From the NCBI GenBank assembly GCA_964016885.1, contig OZ024743.1:290470001-290534000 (forward strand): 64,000 bases of DNA. The letters are read 5' to 3'. Below, piece after piece: positions 26,408-37,769 of this stretch; position 1 is the stretch's first letter, and every line of letters begins with the position of its first letter. The notes beneath the pieces are model-generated. The model saw only the letters and a program-made list of their open reading frames with translations. It was not told the origin of the DNA and made no database searches. Source of the stretch: Eledone cirrhosa. Taxonomy: Eukaryota. The position numbers and the translations under genes were made by a program.

Positions 26408-26607
26408 AGGAAAAGTGTCACAACCCCGACGGAATAGTTCAAGCCGTTTCGACAGCTATTTCTGTACTCATATATTCATAACTGACAGTTCATAGTTGAC
26501 GAAACGGCTTGATCTCTGCTGTTGGGATTCTGACTCTTTTCCTATTCGACCACTCTACTACCCAAAGTATCGTGTACTCTGATTCCTTACCACACTTCCT
26601 TTGTTAT
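26408..26607 (+). mobile_element. Short TA-flanked element: inverted arm, spacer, arm, tail
   Basis: Imperfect inverted repeat at about 26408-26460 / 26492-26544, then the family tail ending TTCCTTACCACACTTCCTTTGTTA. Confidence 0.7.
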
Positions 26608-26611
26608 ATAA

Positions 26612-26650
<39 letters not shown>

Positions 26651-26699
26651 CATATTGTTTTATAGTTTGCAGGTTGTTGAAAAAAAGCTATAAATAAAA

Positions 26700-28420
26700 C
26701 AAAACGCATGCTTCTTAGGTTCATGATTTCTGATGACATTGAAACTTCCTGGAAATTACTCAAATCTGCCATATATACTACCTCCATAGACGCCTTGATT
26801 TCCTATGACAAAACAGCAGGACTGATTTGATGAAAGCAACTCAATGTCCAATGACTTAACATCAATATTCATAATCTACATAGGCTCTGAATTAGAGATA
26901 CAAGCTCGTCAACTCAAAGAAAAGACTCGAAGTAACAGACACAGTCCTCAGAAAGAGGAAGTATGTCTGGTGGGCAGCTAAAGAATCTGGTGTACAGGAC
27001 GCTGCCTATATAAAGAACTCAACCAGATTTTTTATAAAGATCAGAAAGCCGTTTATGGTCCGTGGAAGAATCCATTTCTAACAGGCAAACATGAGATATT
27101 CTCTCGATAGAGCAAACACTTCGAAAAGGACCTAAATACTGTGTCAACTCTTGATGAAGATCTGATATCATCTAATCCACAAATGTCGCATCGAAATCAA
27201 GCTTCAATGAAGTACAAGCAGATATCCAGCTACTTTCGTCCAATAATGTCCCTGGTAAAGATGGTATCCCTCCAGAAATCTTCAAATATGGCGGTCAAAA
27301 ATTGGGCCGCATGCGATTTTGGCTAGTTCTGGAAATCCAAAAGCTCTAACATGTCCCAAGGACAACAGAGATGCATCTATAATCCATCACTTCAAGTTCA
27401 AATGTAAAAAATATATTTCTTACAACACACACGGCATCATCCTTCTCTGTAACGCTTGTAAGCTACTTGCGCGTGTCATCCTGAACATTATTCCATACTG
27501 CTTTGATAACCTGATTTGCGTACTGGTGTGGGTCGTATTGCCATGATACTCTGCCTTCACAATGTTGAGGAGAAGGTCCGTTAAAAGGACCAGAAACTGC
27601 TTATGAATCGTGCCGAGTTGAGTAATTATGTTAATCACAAAACCCTCTCTATGTCCTCAAACAACATGGCATACCTGTCATTTCTTAAGGGCATGAGAGC
27701 ATCAATTTTGTCAAATGGCAAATGCTTTGAATCCTTTGGTGCATGAAGCAGGATCTTGTGTTATTCCTCTTTGTATGCGCTAGCATGCAGTTGGAGTTTT
27801 AGACAATGCTGTCAAATTTGAATTCCGTACATCAGGTGGCATATTCATCCACCAGCTCTTCACGGCTAAGACACTTACACGAGCAAGTGCTATTCGTGAT
27901 TTACTGTTTATAATGATCCATTTGTTTCATCATCACTTGAAGATGTATGAAAAACGATGAACCGGTTGTGCCTGCCTAAACAGCATTTGGTTAAACAATT
28001 CGCGTTAAACAGAGCCTGAGATGATACATCAATAAAAGCCGGAGCACGTATGCCAACTACATTATTGATCTTGACAACAACGTGAGTAGTTCTACATCCC
28101 TAGATAATGATATCGTCAATCGCATTTCTAATTCAACTGAACCCTTTCGCAAACTACATCATCGTTTATGATTAAAGCGTTGCAGTTTATCGTACAATAG
28201 TAATGCCAACACTCTCATGCGGTTCAGTGTCATCGACACTTTATCGTAATCACATTTAAAAAGCTTGACATATTCAACAATCATTGTCTTCGATCTGTCT
28301 GTGAATATGCAATTACTGACAACATCTCCAATGCCGATCTCTACCAACCTGCTCCACTAAAATCCTGCCATCTGCATTAAATGCAACTGGATGTACAATC
28401 AAATCATCAGCTGGACTAAA
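26700..28420 (+). mobile_element. Decayed RTE-clade LINE
   Basis: Translatable patches QD.FDE, KAVYGP, PGKDGIPPEIFKYGG (about 27251), DASII, GIILLCNACKLLARVILN and IRDLLF. Boundaries approximate. Confidence 0.75.
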
Positions 28421-28502
28421 GCGTCATTTTCAGCATAACCATTCAAAATTAAACTGATATATATATGTTGAATCATCACACGTGACTATGTGACGGGTGA
28501 GT

Positions 28503-28728
<226 letters not shown>

Positions 28729-28794
28729 AAAGGGATGAAATCGAAAATGCAACTGAAGTCTTATTTTTTAAAAAATATATATATTTATTTGGTT

Positions 28795-28832
28795 CCTTTA
28801 CCGGTTTCGCAGTTCTTCTGCTTTTCAAAAGG
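28795..28832 (-). ncRNA. Minimal type I hammerhead ribozyme, U3:A8 variant (inverted pseudo-LTR copy)
   Basis: Reverse complement of 32859-32896. Confidence 0.8.
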
Positions 28833-29347
28833 TGAGTTGAGATGGAGGGTCTGTGGTTTTTCTCACATCTGGTTGGTCTCTAAATGTTACTTGTTTTATA
28901 TGGAAAAACTGGCTCGAAAACCAGGTTTTTCGAGAAGTAATTTGATTGGTTTGTCAATAATTATAATAAATTTCGCGCCAGTTCGCGTTACAATAGTTCT
29001 TCAAATAAGAGAGGGGGGGGGGGGGGTTGTCACAGGTTGTTTTTTCATATATGAGTGTTTGAATTTCTTTTTACTTGAAAAAATGAGGCTCACGAAGGCT
29101 TTTTTTTGGTTGGTTATAAATGAAATTTGGCTGTCACGTGAACAAGTTTTCATTACATTTTTGCGCCCTTATTTGGAAAACTATTCTGTAGTCTATAGTG
29201 AATGTTATGACAATGGAGAGATAGTGGTCAAGGAAAAAGGGATTGGGAGAAATGTTCTGGTTCAGTGAATATGGTCAGCTGTCAGAGTTCAGGTGTCAAA
29301 GTTCAGATTTTCTATTGAGACTGAAGATATGTGTTTATTTGTGTGCT

Positions 29348-29380
<33 letters not shown>

Positions 29381-29518
29381 ATGTGTGTATTGGAAGATGA
29401 TTCTATTAGTAGAGATGGGGGAGGGAGTTGTGTGTGTGTGTATATGGGTGTTATGTGTGTGTGTGCGAGTATGTTAGATAGAGAGAATATATATTTTTTG
29501 TGTGTGTGTATATATATA

Positions 29519-31816
29519 GACCAAGGCTACAGGACTCACGACACCCGGTGGCACAAACCGATTTTGAAAAACCGAAAATAATTAACATTTCAAATACAAA
29601 CCTCTCAGCCCAACAAGTAAACATTCTCTCCAAAGGTCTGAAATTCACACCAACACCACAATATCCTAACCCCAACGAGATAAATGACGATATCTCACAC
29701 TTCTGTAGAAAATTACGTCTCACAGAGGAATTCTTTGACAAGGAGAATAACGACGAATCAATTGTACGGAATAAAAGCAGCTACAACCCAACAAAAGGTA
29801 GAAACAGAATTCTGGACAAATTTTGTGACCACATAGCTACCTTCCCATACCATGAACTACCGCAACCTAAACCCAAACCCAACACAAGTCGAAGGGAATG
29901 GGAGATTATCCATGAACTAAAAAACAATCCGGACATTGTAATTAAGGAAGCGGACAAGGGAAGTACTGTTGTCATTATGGAGGCTGAAAAATATAAAAAT
30001 TCTATGTTCTCTCTCTTACAAAATGCTAATTACTATGAAAGAGTAAAAAACTACCAGCAATCAAAAATAATGACCAAATTAAACACACTGATTTATCGAT
30101 ACCAGAAAGACCTAACTAAAAAGGAACGCGATTATTTAACAAATTTTGAATACAAAACCAGCAACATTTACGGACTTCCGAAGATCCACAAATGTAAAAT
30201 AATCAACGATGCCTGTAAACAATCCACCTCAGCCTGCGTGAACACACAATACCCCACAGACCTTAAATTAAGACCAATTGTAGCGGGCCCACAATGTGAA
30301 ACACACAGATTGAGCAACTTTATAGACATACTACTGAAACCAATACTGAAACACATACCAAGCCTTGTAAGAGACGATCTGGACCTCTTAAACCACCTCC
30401 CCAAACATGTCAACAACGACACTATTATTGTGTCTTTCGATGTAGTGAATCTCTACACAACGATCCCACACCAATACGGACTAGAAGCAATAGGATTCTG
30501 GCTAGAGAAATATCCCAATGAGATACCTGACAGAATAGAAAAAAGCTTCATCACCGAGGGATTAAAATTCATCCTACAGAACAACTTTTTTGATTTCGAT
30601 GGCAATACTTACAAGCAAATATCGGGGACTGCGATGGGCACAAAAGCCGCTCCAACTTATGCCAACTTAGTCATGGCATACTTAGAAGTCCAGATATATG
30701 AACAGTCCAAATCAAAATACGGATTGAACTTCCACAAATATTTATCAGAGAATTGGAAACGCTACTTGGATGATTGCCTCATTCTTTGGTCCCACACACT
30801 CGACCAACTGAAGGATTTCAAAAACTTAATAAACGGCATCAATAACCACATCCAATTCACAATGGAATACAGCCAAGATCAACTCCCATTTCTGGACATC
30901 TTATCACAAAAAAAAACACAAATATCGAAACTGACATACACTACAAACCAACAGATTCCAAACAATATCTGCTATTCACCTCCAACCATCCAAAGCACAC
31001 GAAGACGAACATTCCTTTTAACCTAGCAAGAAGAATTTGCACAATTGTCTCCAATTATGAAACGCGAAATAAAAGACTTCAAGAATTAAAGGAAATTCTA
31101 CTTGAGAGAGAGTACCCACTATTACTAATAAATAATGGAATAGAAAGGGCTAAAGCAATAGGCATTGATGAATTACGGAAACAGAAACAAATTCAAGGTA
31201 CGTCCAATATTCTATCATATATCTCAACACACAACCCAAGAAATGCGGAAGCTTACAACACTATTCACAATAACATCCCACTACTAAAACAAAACCCAAG
31301 AATAAAAAAGCCCTTGAAACACACAAAATAATCAAAAGCAAAAGACAACCAAAATCACTGAAAACATTACTCACCAATGCCAAATTACCTACCACAAACC
31401 CACAACCAAGTATCAAAAAATGTGGTCGCTCTAATTGTGGAACCTGCACTCACCTCATTGAAGGCAACACGTATACATTTAAATCAGGACAAAATTTTAC
31501 TGTAAATAATCACTTCACTTGCTCATCAAAAAATCTAATTTATGCCATTAAATGTAAAGGATGCAATGAAGATTATATAGGACAAACTAAACTCACACTC
31601 AGAAACAGAATGACAGTTCATCGCCAACAATTACGAGATCCAACCACGAGACAAATACCACTAAGTGCACATCTAGACATTTGCGCAAGTAATAAGACAC
31701 CCAAATTCCAAGTCTTCCCATTTTACCTTTGCGCTAACAATACAACAGAACAAATGCGAATAAATAAGGAAAATATGTTTATTCAAAAATATAGACCAAC
31801 ATTAAATAAGGTTTAA
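29519..31816 (+). pseudogene. PLE reverse transcriptase plus GIY-YIG endonuclease, 5'-truncated, frameshifted near 30900 and again near 31260
   Basis: LSKGLKF, IKEADKG, YGLPKIHK, LRPIVAG, SFDVVNLYT, GTAMGT, RYLDD; downstream C.R..C.TC, NLIYAIKCKGCNEDYIGQT and KENMFIQKY.P.LN. Confidence 0.92.
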
Positions 31817-32309
31817 TATACATTATGTCAACACCACAATATGACATACACACACACACATAACACCTACTTTAGAAAATAAAAACCCGAACTAAATAAA
31901 CCTTAAACATACGTTTGCACTGGCAATACAACAGCAAACACGAAAAAGTCAGGAAAATATGTTCATTCAAAAATATTCCTACTAAAGGAATCATTTTCCT
32001 ACACACACACATACACACACACAATATATATATATATATATATATATATTCTCTTCATCTTAACATGCTAACCATACTCCCACACACATAACACCCATAC
32101 ACACACATAAAAACCCCCACACCTACAACACCCTCCCCGTTTCTACTAATAGAACCACTTTCCTACACACATATATATATACACACACACAAAAAATATA
32201 TATTCTCTCTATCTAACATACTCGCACACACACACATAACACCCATATACACACACACACAACTCCCTCCCCCATCTCTACTAATAGAATCATCTTCCAA
32301 TACACACAT

Positions 32310-32342
<33 letters not shown>

Positions 32343-32858
32343 AGCACACAAATAAACACATATCTTCAGTCTCAATAGAAAATCTGAACTTTGACACCTG
32401 AACTCTGACAGCTGGCCATATTCACTGAACCAGAACATTTCACCCAATCCCTTTTCCCTTGACCACTATCTCTCCATTGTCATAACATTCACTATAGACT
32501 ACAGAATAGTTTTCCAAATAAGGGCGCAAAAATGTAATGAAAACTTGTTCACGTGACAGCCAAATTTCATTTATAACCAACCAAAAAAAAGCCTTCGTGA
32601 GCCTCATTTTTTCAAGTAAAAAGAAATTCAAACACTCATATATGAAAAAACAACCTGTGACAACCCCCCCCCCCCCCCTCTCTTATTTGAAGAACTATTG
32701 TAACGCGAACTGGCGCGAAATTTATTATAATTATTGACAAACCAATCAAATTACTTCTCGAAAAACCTGGTTTTCGAGCCAGTTTTTCCATATAAAACAA
32801 GTAACATTTAGAGACCAACCAGATGTGAGAAAAACCACAGACCCTCCATCTCAACTCA

Positions 32859-32896
32859 CCTTTTGAAAAGCAGAAGAACTGCGAAACCGGTAAAGG
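32859..32896 (+). ncRNA. Minimal type I hammerhead ribozyme, U3:A8 variant
   Basis: cctt-TTGAAAA-gcag aagaa ctgc-GAAA-c cg g-TA-aagg: stem I CCTT/AAGG, stem II GCAG/CTGC, palindromic stem III ACCGGT, GUA cleavage site. Confidence 0.8.
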
Positions 32897-33029
32897 AACC
32901 AAATAAATATATATACTTTAAAAAAAATAAGACTTCTGTTGCATTTTCGATTTCATCCCTTTTTCTTTATACTTCCACTCGTGTAGGAGACCTCGGTAAT
33001 TTTTCATTTTGTAAAAAAAAAACCTCACT

Positions 33030-33093
<64 letters not shown>

Positions 33094-33568
33094 GACGGTT
33101 AAGTATTTCTTCTTGATTTTATTTTAAATTAAGATTGTTTTGCCTTTTCCCCAACTTACACAATGTCTGAGGATAAAGTTTTTCTTCTTGATTTGTTTTG
33201 AATTAAGATTGTATTACCTTTCCCTCATCTTACACTAAAAAATCTTTCATCTCGATGGTATAGTCACTTATATGTCTGAATTATTGTTGGCATTTTGCTT
33301 ACATTAATTTCCCTATTTTCATTTATATATTTATACTCGGACTTTTCCTAGAGTGCTACTTAATATTTGTGACTAATCCTAGTTTAAAAAAAAAAAAAAA
33401 AAAAAACTGCCATAATATTGCTTATGCTGAACTTCATATTTTTGTTGAATTTTTCAGAATGTTTTGACTGTTGTTTCTTGTAAACAGCTTTTTCGTATCA
33501 TACCGCCAGCACTAGCTTGTGTCCACGTTTCTTTTGTTATTTCATTTCTACACGCTGTCGCTTGCCTG

Positions 33569-33704
33569 GTCCAGAAATATCCGTCGAAACGGCTTGAGCT
33601 CTGCCGTCGGGGTCACACATTTTCCTATTACTCAATCTACTACCCTAAGTATTGAGTAATCTGGTGCGTTATGGTCCATGTGGTTCCTTACCACAACTCC
33701 TTCG

Positions 33705-33706
<2 letters not shown>
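33569..33706 (+). mobile_element. 3' end (arm plus tail) of the short TA-flanked family
   Basis: GTCCAGAAATATCCGTCGAAACGGCTTGAGCTCTGCCGTCGGGGTC through TTCCTTACCACAACTCCTTCGTTA, then (TA)n. Confidence 0.72.
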
Positions 33707-33741
<35 letters not shown>

Positions 33742-33829
33742 GATAATAATAATAATGATAATAATAACAAAAATAATATTAATTTCAATAAAAATAAACA
33801 GAATGGAGTTAATTTAGTACTTTCTATTT

Positions 33830-33904
33830 ATTTTATTATACGTATTTCGAAGATGAATGGCTTATGTATAACATAAATCAAAACATGTTCTCTTCAGATA
33901 AAAT
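33830..33904 (-). ncRNA. Type I hammerhead ribozyme
   Basis: attttat-CTGAAGA-gaacatg..catcttc-GAAA-t acgt a-TA-ataaaat: 7-bp stem I, extended stem II, palindromic loop 3. Confidence 0.75.
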
Positions 33905-34250
33905 CCAGAGGAGATGGAGATATCATGTGATATAACAGGCGGTTATATCATGTTATATCAGGTGGCCAGCAAGCATAACATAACTAAAGCAACTTTCTGT
34001 TTTGTTTATTATTATTATAACAATACTCTGGATAAACATATATTGTTGAGTGCTTTACATCTGTTATTTAAAGGTCAGGTTATTCTAAATCAACTAACTC
34101 TCTCTAATTGAACAAATATATATATATATATATCTGGTTTCGTTGACAAATATATAAATATGCCCAGACACGCAGATATATTGCCCTTGGTATGACAGTG
34201 TGGTTTTAGCTCAAAGTAGGATAACTAGTATACTATATAGCCGTTATAAC

Positions 34251-34322
<72 letters not shown>

Positions 34323-34399
34323 ATATTGTTTATATATATATATATATATTTATATATACGATATTAAATAAATGGAAATTATATTTATAAAACCATATT

Positions 34400-34465
34400 T
34401 ATTTCATTATATATATTTCAGGGATATCATATTAACAATATGTTATGCCTTCTTCAGACAAAATA
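34400..34465 (-). ncRNA. Type I hammerhead ribozyme
   Basis: tattttgt-CTGAAGA-aggcataacata..tatgatatccct-GAAA-t atat a-TA-atgaaata: 8-bp stem I with two G-U pairs. Confidence 0.75.
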
Positions 34466-34501
34466 CAATATAGACAGTCTTATAAATAAATAGATTTCAT
34501 A

Positions 34502-34536
<35 letters not shown>

Positions 34537-34630
34537 CTCTTTTACTCTTTTACCTGTTTCAGCCATCCGGCTGAGGCCATTATATATCAATAATATTAAT
34601 AAATGGAAACTATCTTTATAAAACCACATT

Positions 34631-34692
34631 TATTTTATTACATATATTTCAATGGTACCAACATTTTTGGTACGCGCTCATCAGATAAAATA
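34631..34692 (-). ncRNA. Type I hammerhead ribozyme
   Basis: tattttat-CTGATGA-gcgcgtaccaa aaatg ttggtaccatt-GAAA-t atat g-TA-ataaaata. Confidence 0.75.
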
Positions 34693-34777
34693 CAAAAGTT
34701 GTTTTACATATAGTGACATATCCAAAACAGGATCTTATCGTTTTAAGTTCAGTTTGAATAGTGTAAAACGACTTTTG

Positions 34778-34839
34778 TATTTTATCTGATGAGGGCGTAC
34801 CAAAAATGTTGGTACCCTTGAAATAAATATAATAAAATA
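34778..34839 (+). ncRNA. Type I hammerhead ribozyme
   Basis: tattttat-CTGATGA-gggcgtaccaa aaatg ttggtaccctt-GAAA-t aaat a-TA-ataaaata: perfect 8-bp stem I. Confidence 0.8.
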
Positions 34840-34993
34840 AATATGGTTTTATAAAGATAGCTTCCATTTATTAAATATTATTGATATTATACTACAGAAG
34901 AAATACTGAAGATGCTTCTAATCTGTTATAAATAAATTTGTTGAATAACCAACACATTAAATAACTCTTTGCTTATATATATGTTATATATAT

Positions 34994-35052
<59 letters not shown>

Positions 35053-35772
35053 TATATATCATATATATCATATATATATATCATATATATATATATATAT
35101 ACATATATCATATACATATATATATACATATATCATATACATATATATGCAAAAGTTTTATTTAAAATTGTTGGGTTACAACAAGTAAATATTTTAACAT
35201 ATATATATATATATATATAATATCCATTCATACATCAATATTCTTTAATAATCAGTGCATTCTGTCAAGACAACATGGTTCCTTTTAAATTCTGAACCAT
35301 TGAAATTCGATTAACTTTATTTTTCTTAATTGATCTATGTATTTCTCTCTCACAAATCAGAATTTATAAATTTACGAATTCTTATATCGTATATACATTT
35401 TAGAAACAAGTAAATTCAAATTATTTTCCTAATTCAAATATATGAATCTTGTTATGAAACTTTTAAAATACATTTTGTTTCCTACTGAATGTATTTTTTA
35501 AATTATATTTTAGACAAAATTTTATCATTTCGTGTTCACTCATGATATAAATAACAATCTATTTCTATGATGACATGTTACAAACATTCTCAAAAAGTTT
35601 AATAACATATTTAATTGTTAATTTCTGATATAAATCAATATGTAAAAGTAAGTAAAACATTCATATACATTTAAATTCATAAATCTTTAAAACGTATTTC
35701 TAGCTACAATTTCCAGTTTGTATGTTTGTTCATACTAGATCTATTTTTGTTATTTTTTTAATCTTTTCGTAG

Positions 35773-35911
35773 ATACTTAATTATCCGATGCATGTGGGTT
35801 CCCATATTTGACAAACAACGAAGACGTGTTGTAACCGAGGAAGAAACCAAGACTCTTGCATTGCCACAGAAGAAAAAAAGTACATTGTGGTATCGAGTTA
35901 TCCCTAGATAG
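35773..35911 (+). CDS. Candidate last coding exon of an unidentified host gene
   Basis: Long pyrimidine tract and TTTTCGTAG acceptor, then a rise in GC and an open frame YLIIRCMWVPIFDKQRRRVVTEEETKTLALPQKKKSTLWYRVIPR*, followed by repeat-free UTR-like DNA. Protein not recognised. Confidence 0.45.
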
Positions 35912-37127
35912 GAAATCTGTAACAGCGTGATTTCCGTTAAGAAAACCTACTAATAGGAATTCGTTTCGAACGGCAACTGAAGTAATTATATAGCCAGATA
36001 AAAATCAATGTTTCCGTAATGTAGAAACCGATTGATCAAATATCACGCATTCTGTTCAAATAAGGATAACACGTTTTAGATTAGAGCTTTGTAACTGAAT
36101 GACTATAACGTTTTAACATATTCAGTAGGAACAACATTGTGTATGATTTCTTTTTAGAGAGTTCAAAGCTGGTGGATTGTAAAAAAAGGAATGTAACTTC
36201 AAACCAGTAATTAGTCTTGAATGCTTGCAACAGGATATACTCTTCAAAATCACTCCGTAGATCAAGGTTCAGTTGTTAAGCAATGAGGTGCTTAAGTGTA
36301 CCACCCTATTTATGTCTTCCACTCTACGTTTGTATACGCTAGAGTCAGCGTAAAACATTCCACCATCTGGCATATTGCACCTTGCCTCCTTTTATTCCGG
36401 ATAATGCGGTAATTAATATACGTTACGCAGAACTGTTAATATCATGTTTATGCCTACTTAAAAATAAATGTTTTGTTTGCATATATTCGACATCTTCGTT
36501 CTTATACTTATAAGTGTTATGTGTCAATGAAATGTAGTGTATCTTTATGATTTGTTTCCAATTCACATCGATGTGAACTGAGCTTTTTATATTTGTGGTT
36601 CCATGAATGCATTCGATCTTATGCTCCTTACACATATATATGCTTGACTCAGTAATGTATATATTAAAAAAAAAACAAATATGCAAAATGTATTGTTCTT
36701 TCTTGCGAAGTCTTACACGATTCCTATTAATGTGTCTATTATTACAGCATGTGTAATTTGGTAGCATTGCAGCAAAATTGGTAAGACGTCACTTTGTAAA
36801 ATATATTGCATTTTTGTGTTAACTGAGCTCCAATCTCGGCGGACGCGAGTATGTCTTTTAATACCTAAGAATGAACCAAGTAATATGTACCCAATTCCCT
36901 ATGTCAAATAATTTGATTGTATCCTGCTGTAATATGTGTTGGCTTTTGCTGACCTCAGCAATGTGTATGAGTAATGGTAAAAGGGATGGGGGATGAACAG
37001 TTTGAACCGTAGTAGATCGAGAGAGAAATGTAAGTTGTTACGTCACTTTATATTGTTACGTCACTTTATATTCAAATGCAGTTACATTTCTATCACTCCA
37101 TCAGTGTTTCTAGAGGTGTGCCCGATG

Positions 37128-37151
37128 AGTGTGTGTGTGTATGTGTGTGCG

Positions 37152-37223
<72 letters not shown>
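37128..37223. repeat. (GT)n microsatellite
   Basis: Read directly. Confidence 0.97.
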
Positions 37224-37225
<2 letters not shown>

Positions 37226-37769
37226 TACGTTGCCCGAAACACTTAATAGGTGCATCCTTAGAAATATAAGTTCGTTATATGCAGTCGGTTTTATGATGTT
37301 AGTAATGTCAGAATAAATTCAGAATCGGTAAATTTCCTCCATATATTTTCTCTTAATTGTCAGGACTTATTTTCATATCGATGATTTGATCATGGGAGAA
37401 ATTAGGATTTATGTAAAATCCATTTCAAAGTTCTATAATATGAACGGTAACCAAGTATAAGTAAACAACATTGCACACATTTTTAAACGGAAAAGCACAT
37501 GTTCATCTTCATGAGTTATTTTTCAACGTAGATGAGAAATTTCCATTGACTATTCCGAAAATCATTATTTTTGTTGTCTCCAAAATGAATTTGTATCTAT
37601 TCAGCGAAAGTTTAATTGTGTTCAATTGAGGATATATACGGCGATTTGGTTAAACAATCTCATATAGTTCATCTAGCAACGACTGGTAACACAAAAATAA
37701 TTTGAGAGAATTTGAAGTGACAATATCAAGCAAAGAAAAGCGCTACTGATACCAAGTAACTTATCGCAT

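Larger units (their letters stand above)
28725..33032 (+). mobile_element. Young Penelope-like element with inverted 5' pseudo-LTR, between (TA)n tracts
   Basis: 28725-29518 is a near-perfect inverted copy of about 32172-32966. The coding body lies between, and a unique tail follows at 32967-33032. Confidence 0.93.
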
